Counted from the first letter of the stretch, positions 37,674 through 49,560 are shown. The stretch: DNA of 64,000 nucleotides from an uncultured Mycoplasmatota bacterium (GCA_947570175.1 CANOTJ010000003.1:24083-88082); one strand, 5' to 3'. The notes: a model not told the origin generated them from the sequence alone. Program-made: numbers and translations.

Positions 37674-40325
37674 GTGAGTTACAAAATGAAAAGAAGAGGA
37701 TTCACATTAGCAGAATTACTAGCAACCATAGTAATATTAGGAATTATCACAGCCATTACTGTTCCGATTGTAATTAATCAAGTAGATAGCTATAAAAAAA
37801 AGATGTGTGTGACACAATATGATAATATTTTGAATGCGGCAAGAGCATATGCATCGGATCATATTCAAGAATTATCCAATAGTAATACAATTACTTTAGA
37901 AACTTTAACGAAAGGTGGTTATATAGATGGGGATAATTTGAAAGATGTTATCTCAGAAGAAAAGATTAGTCCAGATTTAAAAATTCAAATTATCAAAGTA
38001 GGAAAAAAGTATAAATGTTATATTGTTGATAATGATGCAATGGGGTGTGGAGATGAATATAAAAAGCTTTATGATTCATCAGAGCCAACAGCTGAAATAA
38101 AAGTCGTTTCTGTAGGAATTGATAGTATTACAGTAAAGGGAATTTGTACAGATCCAGATAGTGGAATTTCTAAATATGAATTTAGTTTAGATAATGTTAA
38201 TTGGGTTAGTAATAAGAATAAACCTTTAAAAGATACTTATACATTTGAAAATTTAGTTCCAAATACCAATTATACTTTATATGTAAAATGCAGTAATGGT
38301 ATGAGCGCTAAAACAAAAGGACATACAGATAAAAAGACGAAAGAATTACCACTTCCAACGATAACAGTACCAGAAGGTTGGCGAGAAAGTAAGACAGTAA
38401 CCATCACAACGGATAATGGTTATAAAATCGAATATGTTAAAAATAATGGGACACCTGTTAAAGTAAATACTAATACTGCAACGGTGGAATTTACAGAAAA
38501 TGGGACTATTAAAGCACGAGTTAGTTCAGGAAAGCATTATGGAAAATATGTAGAAAAAGAAGTTACTCAAATAGACAAAATAAAACCTAGTTGTACAATC
38601 AGTGTAACAGGAGGGACAAAAGGAAGTAATAATTGGTATACAACAAGTCCAACCATAAAAATGACAACATCAAAAGCAGGAGATAGTGGTTTATCATATA
38701 CAGGTCCAACAGAGCAAACAACCGCAAGTTATACAAAACAAGTATCTTCAGGAAATACAGGAGAAAACCAAGTAACAATGACATCAGACAAAACAACAAA
38801 ATATTATGGATATGTAAAAGCAGGAAATGGAAAAACAGCAACATGTACAAGTGGAGAAATCAAATTAGATCAGACAAATCCAACCGCAAAAGCAGAAGTA
38901 ACACCAATATCAACAGATAAAATAACAGTAACAGCAAGATGTAGTTCACCAAGTGGAATTTCAAAATACGAATTTAGGAAAGATAATGGAAGTTGGATAA
39001 CTAGCAGTACTAATACACATACATTTACAGGATTAAAGCCTTATAATGCATATGGACAAGATACAGCAAGTGCGACTCATAGCTTTCAAGTAAGGTGTAC
39101 AAGTGGCGCAGGAAAAGAGGCGGAATCAGAGCTTGTAAATGAAAAATCAAAGCCATATATTCCACCTATCTATGGACATAATGATTCAACTGATTCAACA
39201 GGAAAATTAGCAGGAACTAATTGGAGACAAAGCAAAATATATCATTTGACATTTAATGGATCAAATGTAACAACACCAATATATTATTTCTATACGACGG
39301 CGCCAGTAACTAGTAGTGTATCAGTACGATCATGTGGCTTAAATTATTCTCTTCTTTCAAATGGTGGTAGTGGTACAATTCCTAAGGGACCAGATACAAC
39401 ATGTTCTGGTGATTATACAACAAATATTCAGTCAAATACTTGGTATATGATATCTCCATCTTCACATGGGGGCTATCAATTTCCAGATCTAACTTTTAAA
39501 CAACCGGGACAAATAGTGTCAAGAATTAACGATGGAACAAGTTATTATCAAAGTAGTTCCAATAATATAGAATTTATAACAGGGGCAACAATAAACGATT
39601 ATGAAACAAAGGATGGTTTATTAGCGCATTTGGATGGCTTAAGTAATAATGATAGTAATACATGGAAGAATTTGGCAAAAAATACCACGGCATCAGTATC
39701 AACAACCAGTGGATGGCAAAATGGACAGAAGGTATGTGGAGCATATGATCCTAATAGAGGATGTTTAATGTGGACAACTGAAAATGGTTCTTTATACTTT
39801 GATGGTGTAGATGATTATTTGGATTTTGATTTTATTAGAAATAAAAATCAATTTACAATAGAAACAGTTTATAAGCCTATTAAAGGTGATGGAGAACAAC
39901 ATGTTATTAGTGATAACGAGGGTGCTGGAGTAGCAATCAAAGCAAATGGTGACATCCCTTTCTTTGTTGGAAATACTTATGTAGGGTTTAGAGTCCCTAC
40001 TACTCTAAATATGATTAACTATCGTGCTGCCTCAGTATCTGTTAGAAATCTACCTAATTCATCATTTCTTCATACATTCCTTAAGGCATATTTAGGTGAA
40101 GATACAACATTTCCTGATAACTTTGTACAAAGCCAGACATATTCTGGACAAACGTACAAACCTTCATCGCTTTCTTTAAGATTGGGTTGCAACTCAGGAA
40201 AAAATGTTTGTGATGGAGCCTTCTTTAAAGGTTATATATTTGCAGTAAGAATTCATGATGGAGTATTAACAGATGAGCAGATTGCAAAAAACGCTTATAT
40301 TGATAGAATTAGATATGGCTTCTAA
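37674..40325 (+). CDS. Type IV prepilin-like N-terminus fused to FN3/Ig-like repeats and a LamG-like domain
   Basis: RRG|FTLAELLATIVILGII; two SGISKYEF repeats; LYFDGVDDY...FKGYIFAVRIHD. Confidence 0.8.
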   Translation: MSYKMKRRGFTLAELLATIVILGIITAITVPIVINQVDSYKKKMCVTQYDNILNAARAYASDHIQELSNSNTITLETLTKGGYIDGDNLKDVISEEKISPDLKIQIIKVGKKYKCYIVDNDAMGCGDEYKKLYDSSEPTAEIKVVSVGIDSITVKGICTDPDSGISKYEFSLDNVNWVSNKNKPLKDTYTFENLVPNTNYTLYVKCSNGMSAKTKGHTDKKTKELPLPTITVPEGWRESKTVTITTDNGYKIEYVKNNGTPVKVNTNTATVEFTENGTIKARVSSGKHYGKYVEKEVTQIDKIKPSCTISVTGGTKGSNNWYTTSPTIKMTTSKAGDSGLSYTGPTEQTTASYTKQVSSGNTGENQVTMTSDKTTKYYGYVKAGNGKTATCTSGEIKLDQTNPTAKAEVTPISTDKITVTARCSSPSGISKYEFRKDNGSWITSSTNTHTFTGLKPYNAYGQDTASATHSFQVRCTSGAGKEAESELVNEKSKPYIPPIYGHNDSTDSTGKLAGTNWRQSKIYHLTFNGSNVTTPIYYFYTTAPVTSSVSVRSCGLNYSLLSNGGSGTIPKGPDTTCSGDYTTNIQSNTWYMISPSSHGGYQFPDLTFKQPGQIVSRINDGTSYYQSSSNNIEFITGATINDYETKDGLLAHLDGLSNNDSNTWKNLAKNTTASVSTTSGWQNGQKVCGAYDPNRGCLMWTTENGSLYFDGVDDYLDFDFIRNKNQFTIETVYKPIKGDGEQHVISDNEGAGVAIKANGDIPFFVGNTYVGFRVPTTLNMINYRAASVSVRNLPNSSFLHTFLKAYLGEDTTFPDNFVQSQTYSGQTYKPSSLSLRLGCNSGKNVCDGAFFKGYIFAVRIHDGVLTDEQIAKNAYIDRIRYGF

Positions 40326-40384
40326 AAGTCAAAAGGAAAACTTATAGACAATAGACTTATAAGTTTTTTTTTGTTAAAATATTA

Positions 40385-41125
40385 TTGGTGATATTTATGT
40401 TATATACATCAACAGATAATCAAAAAATAAAAGATATAAAGAAATTACAACAGAAGAAATATCGTGATAAAAAGAAACAATTTTTAGTAGAGACAGATCA
40501 CTTAGTTTTAGAAGCCTACAAAAAAGGATTTATTGATGAACTAATATTAGAAAAAGATACTTTATTTCCTTTAGATGTTCCTACCTCTTATGTTACAAAC
40601 GATGTCATGTATTATCTTAGTGAGTTAGAGTCTCCCAGTAATGTCATGGCAGTTTGTCATAAAAAGGAAGAAGAAATAGAATTAGGAAACCGAATTCTTG
40701 TATTAGATGAAATTCAGGATCCAGGGAATCTCGGTACGATTATTCGAAGTGCAGTCGCATTCCATATTAATACCATTATTTTGGGCGATAACACAGTAGA
40801 TTTATATAATCAAAAAGTAATACGTGCTAGCCAAGGAATGTTATTTCATATGAACATTGTTAGAAAGAATTTATTAGAAATCCTTCCTAAACTAGAGAAT
40901 TTAGGGTATGATCTACTTGGAACAAAAGTAACACATGGAAACGATATCAAAACTCTTGAAAAAAATGAAAAATTTGCTATAATAATGGGAAATGAGGGAA
41001 ATGGAATTAGTGAAGAAGTAGAAGAACTTTGCCATAAATTTATATATATTGATATGAATGAAGAATGTGAATCTTTAAACGTTGGAGTCGCTACTAGTAT
41101 TATTTTATATGAATTAGATAAGTAG
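40385..41125 (+). CDS. TrmH/SpoU-family RNA methyltransferase
   Basis: IQDPGNLGTIIRSA, MGNEGNGI, ESLNVGVA. Confidence 0.92.
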   Translation: MVIFMLYTSTDNQKIKDIKKLQQKKYRDKKKQFLVETDHLVLEAYKKGFIDELILEKDTLFPLDVPTSYVTNDVMYYLSELESPSNVMAVCHKKEEEIELGNRILVLDEIQDPGNLGTIIRSAVAFHINTIILGDNTVDLYNQKVIRASQGMLFHMNIVRKNLLEILPKLENLGYDLLGTKVTHGNDIKTLEKNEKFAIIMGNEGNGISEEVEELCHKFIYIDMNEECESLNVGVATSIILYELDK

Positions 41126-41132
41126 GTGAAAC

Positions 41133-41627
41133 ATGCAATACATCAACATTGGAAAAATAGTAAATACACATGGAATCAAAGGAGAGATACGCTTACTTTC
41201 GGATTTTCAATATAAAGATAACGTATTTCAAAAAGGGTTCAAAATATATATAGGAAAAGACAAACAAGAAGAAGTAATTGAGACATATCGCCATCATAAA
41301 ATATTTGATATGATTACTCTAAAAGGGATTTATAATATTAATGATGTCTTAAAATACAAAGGGAAGCAGGTATATGTAAAAAGAGAGAATTTACAAATCG
41401 ATGGTTACTTAGAGGAAGAGTTAATTGGACTAAAAGTTTATCAAAATCAAGAATTAATTGGAGTCATTCATAGTATTATGAAAAATCATCAAAATGGAAT
41501 TTTAGTAATTGAACATAATAAAAAAAGAAATTTTGTTCCTAATTTACCTGAATTCATTGACAATATCGATTTACAGAATCAAAGAATAGATATCAAATAT
41601 ATAGAAGGTCTTATTCATGAAGATTGA
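41133..41627 (+). CDS. rimM: Ribosome maturation factor RimM
   Basis: IGKIVNTHGIKGE; adjacent to trmD. Confidence 0.93.
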   Translation: MQYINIGKIVNTHGIKGEIRLLSDFQYKDNVFQKGFKIYIGKDKQEEVIETYRHHKIFDMITLKGIYNINDVLKYKGKQVYVKRENLQIDGYLEEELIGLKVYQNQELIGVIHSIMKNHQNGILVIEHNKKRNFVPNLPEFIDNIDLQNQRIDIKYIEGLIHED

Positions 41628-42300
41628 TATATTAACTCTTTTTCCTAGAATGTTTGATCATATTTTTGAAGAGTCTATTATAAAACGAGCTCAAGAAAAA
41701 AATAAAGTTACAATTGTAATTCACGATATTCGGGATTTTGCAACCAATAAACATAAAAAAGTAGATGATTATGCCTTTGGCGGAGGAAAAGGAATGGTAT
41801 TAATGCCAGATCCTGTTTATCAAGCGATTGAAGCTGTTCGAACAAAAGACTCCCTAGTAATTATGATGACTCCACAAGGAAAAGTATATCATCAAAAATT
41901 AGCTTATGAGTTCTCTCAAAGAAAACATTTAATTTTACTCTGTGGACACTACGAAGGATTCGATGAACGAATTAGAAAATTCGTCGATTTGGAAATAAGC
42001 GTTGGTGATTATGTTTTGACAGGCGGAGAAATTCCTAGTATGATTATAGTAGATAGTGTTGTTCGCCTATTAGATGGTGTCATTCAAAAAGATTCCCATC
42101 AAAATGATTCTTTTCAACACCATTTATTAGACTATCCTGTTTACACAAAACCTGTTAATTTTATGGGAATGAAAGTTCCTGATGTCTTATTATCAGGACA
42201 CCACGCAAATATTGAAAAATGGCGTTTAGAAGAAAGTAAAAAAAAGACAGAGCAAAGAAGACCAGATTTATTAGAAAAAGGTGATACCAATGAATTATAA
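41617..42300 (+). CDS. trmD: tRNA (guanine37-N1)-methyltransferase
   Basis: LCGHYEGFDER, VGDYVLTGGE. Confidence 0.97.
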   Translation: MKIDILTLFPRMFDHIFEESIIKRAQEKNKVTIVIHDIRDFATNKHKKVDDYAFGGGKGMVLMPDPVYQAIEAVRTKDSLVIMMTPQGKVYHQKLAYEFSQRKHLILLCGHYEGFDERIRKFVDLEISVGDYVLTGGEIPSMIIVDSVVRLLDGVIQKDSHQNDSFQHHLLDYPVYTKPVNFMGMKVPDVLLSGHHANIEKWRLEESKKKTEQRRPDLLEKGDTNEL

Positions 42301-42751
42301 GAAATATATAATTGAGAAAACAAAAAATGGAATAAATGCAACTGAGATGAATATTAAAATATTAAAAGGTTTTCAAGTATTACCACAAAATAAAATAGAA
42401 TATCCAGGAGTAGAAGTAAACTCTATGTTAGTAGTAAAACCATCCTTTATTGAAAAACTATTAAAGAAAAAAATAAAAAAGAAATTGGATTATTACTTAA
42501 GTTATATCATAGCAGTCATTGATGAAAATGATGAGAATCCAGATGATGCTCCACTTCGTCAAGCCCTAAACGACCTTACAAGATATAAAGAAATCGTCGG
42601 AGCAAAATATCAACAATATTTGGATGATAAATATATCCATTTGTTAATGAAAAAAATCGATTTATTAGAAAGAGAATTAAAAACTAAAATTATATATAAA
42701 ACAATGAATAATTATGAACCAATTCATGAAATAAAAGGAAAAAGTAGATAA
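42290..42751 (+). CDS. Hypothetical protein
   Basis: Overlaps trmD stop; AAGGTG RBS. Confidence 0.7.
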   Translation: MNYKKYIIEKTKNGINATEMNIKILKGFQVLPQNKIEYPGVEVNSMLVVKPSFIEKLLKKKIKKKLDYYLSYIIAVIDENDENPDDAPLRQALNDLTRYKEIVGAKYQQYLDDKYIHLLMKKIDLLERELKTKIIYKTMNNYEPIHEIKGKSR

Positions 42752-42789
42752 ACCTTTACTTTTTATTTAAAATATGATAAAATTTATAA

Positions 42790-42840
42790 TGTTGTAATCC
42801 GCTAAAAAGATTTATGATTGCAGAAAAAAGAAAAGGAGTG
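42790..42840 (+). promoter_or_regulatory. Probable L19 leader
   Basis: TGTAATC...GATTGCA hairpin containing CCGCT upstream of rplS. Confidence 0.45.
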
Positions 42841-42847
42841 AGACATC

Positions 42848-43213
42848 GTGAATTTGGTTGAAAAAATAACACAAAATCAAATTAGAACAGATTTACCAGA
42901 ATTTCGTGTTGGTGACACCGTTAAGGTAGATGTTAAAATCATCGAGGGAAAAAGAGAAAGAATTCAATCATTCGAAGGAATTGTTATGAAAATAGTTGGT
43001 GGAGGTATTTCTAAAACATTCACCGTTAGAAAAATTTCTTCTGGAATTGGAGTAGAAAGAACATTCCCAGTCAATTCACCAAAAATTGAATCTGTTAGTG
43101 TTGTAAGAAAAGGTAAAGTAAGAAGAGCAAAACTAAATTACATAAGAACTTTGGCTAGTAAACCAAGAATTAAAGAAAGAAGAGACAAAGTTTCGACGAA
43201 TAAGGCTGCATAA
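42848..43213 (+). CDS. rplS: 50S ribosomal protein L19
   Basis: [24 protein letters not shown]. Confidence 0.98.
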   Translation: MNLVEKITQNQIRTDLPEFRVGDTVKVDVKIIEGKRERIQSFEGIVMKIVGGGISKTFTVRKISSGIGVERTFPVNSPKIESVSVVRKGKVRRAKLNYIRTLASKPRIKERRDKVSTNKAA

Positions 43214-43293
43214 GCCTTATTTTTATTTATTTTATAAAAAATATATGTTATAATACATCTATAAAAAAATTGATATAAGAGGAGAAGGTTATT

Positions 43294-43977
43294 ATGGAAA
43301 AAGAAACTTTACAAAGACACAAGAAAAAATTAAAATCATTGCAAGATGGACAAGAAGAAATTATTTTAAAGATAGAAAACTTAAGAAAAGAGCATGTCCA
43401 GAAAAATGTAGTTGATTACCAAATAAAGTTAAATTCTCTATTAGATTCTTTAATAATAAAGCGTGAAGAGATAAGAAATCAATCAAGTTTTATTGATAAA
43501 TTCATAGATGAAGAAAGAAAACAAAATGAAGCAATTTCCCAAATAGAAAAACTTTTAGGAATTCATATAAGTCCAATTATCATTCGATATAATAATCCAC
43601 AATCAAAAACAGGGAAAGTGTTTCTAAAAGATACAGCATATTTAAGAAAAGAACAAGGAAAAATCAATAACCAATTAGAGAATCTATTAGATGATGGAAA
43701 ATTAGACTCAAAAACCTATAGGTTTTTAAAAATAGAATTAATAAAAGAATTTGATTCTATGGTAGCAGAAGCACCTAAACCATCTATAGATAATAATCTC
43801 ATGAATGAGAAAAATCAAACTTCTAATCAAGAAGAATCTTCAAGAATAGAACCAATGGATTTAGATTTAGAATTAGCCGCCGAATCTGTTGATTTGCACG
43901 AATGGTGGTCAGGACATGTAGAGAAAATAGAAGAGGAAGATCAAATAGAAGGAAATCATAGAGGGTTTATGCTATGA
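43294..43977 (+). CDS. Hypothetical coiled-coil protein
   Basis: Own RBS and extended -10 (TGTTATAAT). Confidence 0.7.
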   Translation: MEKETLQRHKKKLKSLQDGQEEIILKIENLRKEHVQKNVVDYQIKLNSLLDSLIIKREEIRNQSSFIDKFIDEERKQNEAISQIEKLLGIHISPIIIRYNNPQSKTGKVFLKDTAYLRKEQGKINNQLENLLDDGKLDSKTYRFLKIELIKEFDSMVAEAPKPSIDNNLMNEKNQTSNQEESSRIEPMDLDLELAAESVDLHEWWSGHVEKIEEEDQIEGNHRGFML

Positions 43978-44054
43978 CAAACTTTTTTATCAATTGAAAA
44001 TTTGTTGAAATTTACATTGAAATTAGTACATGGTATAATAATTCAGGTGATAAG

Positions 44055-44567
44055 ATGGAAAAAATAAAAAACATATTAAAAGAATATCTGCCATATATCC
44101 TAATCTTAATTGTGATTATTTTTATTCGAACATTTATTGTTACATTAGTTCGAGTAGATGGTTCATCTATGGAAAATACACTCCATAATGGAGAAATTTT
44201 AATACTAAACAAATTAGATAAAGATTTTGACAGATTTGATATTGTTGTAGTCAAATATAATAACGAACGACTAGTAAAAAGAATTATTGGACTTCCAGGA
44301 GAACAAGTTCGATATCGAAATAACCAACTTTTTATCAATGGCAAAAAAATAAAAGAAAAATTTATAGATGAAGAAACTGCTAATTTTAATATTATGGAAC
44401 TTGGATATAATAAAATACCAAAAAATTATTATTTTGTAGTAGGAGATAATCGAGATAATTCTTTAGATAGTAGATACATTGGACTAATTAAGAAAGAACA
44501 AATTCAAGGAACAACCAAAATTCGTCTCTTTCCATTTCGTAAAATAGGAAAAATAAATGCAAAATAA
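44055..44567 (+). CDS. lepB: Signal peptidase I
   Basis: VDGSSMENT, LVKRIIG, GDNRDNSLDSR. Confidence 0.95.
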   Translation: MEKIKNILKEYLPYILILIVIIFIRTFIVTLVRVDGSSMENTLHNGEILILNKLDKDFDRFDIVVVKYNNERLVKRIIGLPGEQVRYRNNQLFINGKKIKEKFIDEETANFNIMELGYNKIPKNYYFVVGDNRDNSLDSRYIGLIKKEQIQGTTKIRLFPFRKIGKINAK

Positions 44568-44601
44568 GATTTTATCAAAAAAAGTGTGTAGTCACAATTT
44601 T

Positions 44602-45453
44602 TCATTGTTTAATCATAAAAACACCAATTAGTATGAAAATACTCACTACTATTTTTTTTACAATATTCTTTCTATTTTTTAAAAAGATAAAAGCAAACAA
44701 AACATTTAAAATTACAGTAAGACTACATAAAGGAGCAATCTTGGTTACTTCCCCTAATTGATAGGATTTCAGTTTTGTAATCATCATGAAAGACCAACTA
44801 ATGCCAGTTAATAAAATAAGATGTTTTGAATTCATCTTCCACTCATTTACAATATCTTTTATTTTTATTCTTTCTGTAATAAAAACTAAAATGGCTGGAA
44901 ATAGCAGAGTAATAGAAACATAAAAAGCTAAATTAAAAGAATTAGAACTATTTACATCTAAAAACAAGGCAATTCCCATACATAAATTAGCAAAAATTCC
45001 TAACCAAAGATATCGATTTTTCTTCCATGTTCCCTTTTGGTAAAAAATAAAGATATTACCTCCTATCAAAAAAATAGAACCAATGGTTTTTTGAAATGTC
45101 AATTCTTCTTTTAAAAAAAGAAAGCCCATAATCATAACAAATACATTCGATAATTGTTTTATAATACTATATGCAGATGCTTCCATACCACTTCTTGCAG
45201 TAGTAGCCAGTCTATTTTGAATGGTATAAAAAACAATCGCTAAGCCTAGTAAAAGATATGTCTTAATATCAGTAGGAAATTTTATTTCAAAGAAAGGAAT
45301 CCAGAAACAACTAACAATCCCTGCAATAAATTCTACCAATACTGTTAAAGCGCCAGCACTTTTCATATTTTGTGATATGATTTTATAACTTTCATTAAAT
45401 AGAACCGTAATAATTAAATAAAAAAATAAAAACAAATATGCACTTTCAAACAT
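44602..45453 (-). CDS. EamA/DMT-family transporter
   Basis: About ten TMs in two repeats; GFLFLKE, FIFLK. Confidence 0.8.
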   Translation of the reverse strand: MFESAYLFLFFYLIITVLFNESYKIISQNMKSAGALTVLVEFIAGIVSCFWIPFFEIKFPTDIKTYLLLGLAIVFYTIQNRLATTARSGMEASAYSIIKQLSNVFVMIMGFLFLKEELTFQKTIGSIFLIGGNIFIFYQKGTWKKNRYLWLGIFANLCMGIALFLDVNSSNSFNLAFYVSITLLFPAILVFITERIKIKDIVNEWKMNSKHLILLTGISWSFMMITKLKSYQLGEVTKIAPLCSLTVILNVLFAFIFLKNRKNIVKKIVVSIFILIGVFMIKQ

Positions 45454-45582
45454 CTTTTTCCTTCTTTCCTATAGTATTATATTCCATTATTTCTATAGCG
45501 TCATAGTAAGCAGTTTCACTAAATATCTAAAAAATAAATAAAAAAACTTGTAAAAACATAGAATATAGTGTATATTATATAT

Positions 45583-45656
45583 GTTACTTATTCTTGGAAC
45601 AAAGAAACTCCGACTTTTTCTCAGAATAAGCGAATAAATAAGAGAGGAGAAATAGG
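45583..45656 (+). promoter_or_regulatory. Ribosomal protein S15 leader
   Basis: CTTATTCT...AGAATAAG stem enclosing ACTCCGAC, before rpsO. Confidence 0.6.
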
Positions 45657-45926
45657 ATGGCTTTAACAAAAGAAATGAAAGAGAAAATTGTTAAAAAATA
45701 TGCAAGACATGAGGGAGATACTGGATCCCCTGAAGTTCAAATTGCTATTTTAACAGCCGAAATTAATGAATTAACAGAACATTTAAAAGAACATAAGCAT
45801 GATCATCATTCAAGGAGAGGTCTTCTTAAAAAAGTTGGTCAAAGACGTAGTTTACAAAAATATCTATTGAACAAAGATGTTACACGTTATAGAACACTAA
45901 TTTCCAGTTTAGGACTTAGAAAATAA
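45657..45926 (+). CDS. rpsO: 30S ribosomal protein S15
   Basis: [18 protein letters not shown]. Confidence 0.98.
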   Translation: MALTKEMKEKIVKKYARHEGDTGSPEVQIAILTAEINELTEHLKEHKHDHHSRRGLLKKVGQRRSLQKYLLNKDVTRYRTLISSLGLRK

Positions 45927-45987
45927 TAAAATGTAGGCACTTATTTTTAAGTGTCTTTATTTGTATAAGAAACGATAGGAGAGAAAA

Positions 45988-48117
45988 ATGAAAAAAGTAT
46001 TTGAATTAGACTTTAGAGGAAGAAAATTAATTGTAGAACATGGGGAAATGGCGAAACAAGCAAGTGGAGCTGTCCTTGTTCGATATGGAGATACTGTTAT
46101 ATTATCTACAACAGTAGTATCTAAAAAAGCAAACTTACTGGCTGATTTTTTTCCACTTATGGTATTATACCAAGAAAAATTATATTCTGTAGGAAAGATT
46201 CCAGGGGGATTTATTAAAAGAGAAGGAAAACCAACCGATAATGCGACGCTGGCTGCTCGTATGATTGATCGCCCAATGAGACCAATGTTTCCAGCTGATT
46301 TTAAAAATGAAGTACAAATCGTTAATACCGTTTTATCGGTAGATCAAGATAATTCACCAGAAATGACAGCTATGTTTGGATCATCACTTGCAACTTGTAT
46401 TTCTGAAACACCATTTGATGGACCGATTGCAGGAGTAAAAGTTGGAAGAGTAAATGGAGAATTGATTATTAATCCTACTGCTGAGCAAACGGAATTATCA
46501 GACATCGATTTAACAGTCGCAGGAACAAAAGAAGCTATTAATATGGTAGAAGCTGGAGCTAAAGAGGTAAACGAAGAGGATATGTTAGAAGCATTAATGT
46601 TTGGGCATGAGGCTATTCAAGAATTAATTGCTTTCCAAGAAAAGATTATAGAAGAAATTGGAAAACCAAAAATGATTTATGAAAAATTAGAAATCGAAGA
46701 AAGTCTAAAAGAAGAAATAGAAGCATGTGTTAGTGGACCACTAAATCAAGCAATGCGTATTCCAGATAAATTAGAGAAATATGAACAAATTGATAAAATA
46801 AAAGAAGAAATTGTACAAAAATATGAAAAAGAAAATGAATCCTTAAAAGAAATAGAATTAAAGGAAATAATCACCAAAGTAAAATTAGTATTAGAGGATA
46901 TTGAATATAAAATATTTAGACAAATTGTGGTCAATGAAAAAACACGTGCAGATGGGCGAGAAATGGATGAAATTAGACCATTATCTACTGATATTGATGT
47001 TTTACCTAGAACGCATGGTTCCGCTTTATTTACAAGGGGGCAAACACAAAGTTTATCCGTCGTTACACTAGGCGCTTTAGGAGAACATCAAATTCTAGAT
47101 GGAGTATCTTTAGAAGATGAAAAAAGATTCATGCTACATTATAACTTCCCACAATTCTCAGTTGGAGAAACAGGGCGCTATGGTCCTCCAGGAAGACGTG
47201 AAATTGGACATGGAGCTTTAGGAGAAAGAGCTTTAGCGCAAGTAATTCCATCTGAAGATGAATTTCCATATACTATTCGTGTAGTATCTGAAATACTAGA
47301 AAGCAATGGGTCTTCCTCACAAGCTAGTATATGCGCAGGATGTATGGCGTTAATGACAGCAGGAGTTCCTATTAAGGCGCCTGTAGCGGGAATTGCAATG
47401 GGATTAATCACAAACGAAAATGATTATACCATTTTAACAGATATTCAAGGAATGGAAGATCACCTTGGAGATATGGATTTTAAAGTAGCTGGAACAAAAA
47501 AAGGAATTTGTGCTTTACAAATGGATATTAAAATAAAAGGAATTACCAAACAAATTTTAAAAGAGGCATTAGAACAAGCCAAAAAAGCACGTTACCAAAT
47601 TTTAGATGTTATCACAAGTAAAATCAAAGAACCTAGAAAAGAAGTATCAAAATATGCACCAAAAACAGAATCCTTTATGATTGATCCAAATAAGATTAAA
47701 GATGTTATTGGAAAAGGTGGAGACATGATTACCAAAATTATTTTAGAAGCTAGTCATGTTAAAACAGTAACCGATGTGAATGCAGTAAAAGTAGATTTAG
47801 AAGATGATGGAAGAGTTATTATTTATCACTCTGATCAAGCAATTATTGATAGGACAGCCAAAATGATTAAAGAAGTAATCCGTGAAGTAGAAGAAGGAGT
47901 AATCTATAAAGGAAAAGTAGTCAAAGTAGAAGACTTTGGGTGCTTTGTAGAATTATGGCCAGGATGTGAAGGATTAGTTCATGTATCACAATTAGATTCT
48001 AAACGAGTTGAAAAAGCAAGCGATATGGTGAAAGTAGGCGACGAAATTTTAGTAAAATCATTAGGATTTGATAAAAGAGGTCGTTTAAACTTATCTAGAA
48101 AAGAAGCACTAAAATAA
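45988..48117 (+). CDS. pnp: Polynucleotide phosphorylase
   Basis: [25 protein letters not shown] and S1 domains. Confidence 0.98.
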   Translation: MKKVFELDFRGRKLIVEHGEMAKQASGAVLVRYGDTVILSTTVVSKKANLLADFFPLMVLYQEKLYSVGKIPGGFIKREGKPTDNATLAARMIDRPMRPMFPADFKNEVQIVNTVLSVDQDNSPEMTAMFGSSLATCISETPFDGPIAGVKVGRVNGELIINPTAEQTELSDIDLTVAGTKEAINMVEAGAKEVNEEDMLEALMFGHEAIQELIAFQEKIIEEIGKPKMIYEKLEIEESLKEEIEACVSGPLNQAMRIPDKLEKYEQIDKIKEEIVQKYEKENESLKEIELKEIITKVKLVLEDIEYKIFRQIVVNEKTRADGREMDEIRPLSTDIDVLPRTHGSALFTRGQTQSLSVVTLGALGEHQILDGVSLEDEKRFMLHYNFPQFSVGETGRYGPPGRREIGHGALGERALAQVIPSEDEFPYTIRVVSEILESNGSSSQASICAGCMALMTAGVPIKAPVAGIAMGLITNENDYTILTDIQGMEDHLGDMDFKVAGTKKGICALQMDIKIKGITKQILKEALEQAKKARYQILDVITSKIKEPRKEVSKYAPKTESFMIDPNKIKDVIGKGGDMITKIILEASHVKTVTDVNAVKVDLEDDGRVIIYHSDQAIIDRTAKMIKEVIREVEEGVIYKGKVVKVEDFGCFVELWPGCEGLVHVSQLDSKRVEKASDMVKVGDEILVKSLGFDKRGRLNLSRKEALK

Positions 48118-48134
48118 AAAATAGGGGGTTTTTA

Positions 48135-48692
48135 ATGAATAATCAATTAGAAAGATTAAAAAAAAGAAATAAAGTTCTATCTCGAAAATTAAAAAAATAT
48201 AAGCATTCTCATTTTGGTCTAATTTTTCTTTTTTTTATTGGTATTATTTATTTCCTGTGCCAGACATTGAACTTAGATAGTATTTTGTATTCACAACTAA
48301 TAATTGGAATCGATAATTCTATAGTCTGTACATCAATAGGAGCAGTTATCATTGGATCTCTACTAGGAACTTGTAAACTAGAATATATGAAATCTGTAAG
48401 AAAAATAAATCAAGAAATGGAAAAAAATTCTTCTAAAATTTCTAAATTAACGCAGCAAGAAATAAATTCTAAAGGAAAAACAACATTAGAAAATAAACAA
48501 AAGACCAACATACAACAAAAAACGGTTAATAATGAACTAGAAAAAATAAAACTAGAGATTATAAAAAGTGTTTTACAAATAACGAAAGAACAATCAATAC
48601 CACAAGAAATAGAAGATGATGTAGATTTTATAAAACCGCTTGATTTAGAAGAAATTAAAAAACTAGTTAAACAAAAGAGATTGGAAAAATAG
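48135..48692 (+). CDS. Hypothetical two-TM protein
   Basis: Two hydrophobic helices, charged C-terminus. Confidence 0.7.
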   Translation: MNNQLERLKKRNKVLSRKLKKYKHSHFGLIFLFFIGIIYFLCQTLNLDSILYSQLIIGIDNSIVCTSIGAVIIGSLLGTCKLEYMKSVRKINQEMEKNSSKISKLTQQEINSKGKTTLENKQKTNIQQKTVNNELEKIKLEIIKSVLQITKEQSIPQEIEDDVDFIKPLDLEEIKKLVKQKRLEK

Positions 48693-48693
48693 C

Positions 48694-49560
48694 ATGGATG
48701 GAATCATTGTAATTGATAAGCCACAAAATAAAACCAGTAGAAATGTTGTTAACGAAGTTTGTCAAATATTGCACATCAAGAAAGCGGGACACACAGGTAC
48801 TTTAGATCCCCTTGCAACAGGAGTTTTGGTAATATGTATGGGAAAAGCAACAAAACTAGTAGAAATGATTACTGCTTATGACAAAGAATACATTGCTCAA
48901 ATACAGTTAGGAATCAAAACAGATACCAAAGATATAACAGGAACTATTTTAAAAAAACAAAATGTTGACATAACCAAAGAAGAAATTGAAAAAGCTCTAA
49001 AAAGTATGCCCAAAACTTACCTACAAACAGTTCCTATTTATTCAGCAGTAAAAGTAAACGGAAAAAAATTATATGAATATGCACGAAACAAAAAAGAGGT
49101 AAAATTACCCACTAGGGAAGTAAAAATCCTAAATTTACGATTAATAGATGAAATAAAAAAAGAAAAGCAACAAGTAATTTTTACTATCAAATGTCGTGTT
49201 TCTAAAGGAACCTATATTCGAAGTTTAATAGAAGACATTGCTGAAAAAATAGGAACAATAGGGACAATGACATCACTTATAAGAACAAAACAAGGAATGT
49301 TTGATATACAACATGCAAATACTCTAGAAGATTTAAGAAATAATCAATTTTACTTTTACTCGATTGAAGAAATTTTAAAAGAATATAAACAGATTGAAGT
49401 AAATAAAGATTTAGAATTTAAAGTAAAAAATGGGGCCCTTATTCCCAACCTATATCAAGAAAAAATCATTGTTTTTACTAAAAATAATAAAGTCATTGCC
49501 ATTTATAAAGAATATGAAAAAGATAATTGCCTGATGAAACCTTGGAAAATGCTCTTATGA
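48694..49560 (+). CDS. truB: tRNA pseudouridine-55 synthase
   Basis: GHTGTLDPLATG, SKGTYIRSL. Confidence 0.97.
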   Translation: MDGIIVIDKPQNKTSRNVVNEVCQILHIKKAGHTGTLDPLATGVLVICMGKATKLVEMITAYDKEYIAQIQLGIKTDTKDITGTILKKQNVDITKEEIEKALKSMPKTYLQTVPIYSAVKVNGKKLYEYARNKKEVKLPTREVKILNLRLIDEIKKEKQQVIFTIKCRVSKGTYIRSLIEDIAEKIGTIGTMTSLIRTKQGMFDIQHANTLEDLRNNQFYFYSIEEILKEYKQIEVNKDLEFKVKNGALIPNLYQEKIIVFTKNNKVIAIYKEYEKDNCLMKPWKMLL

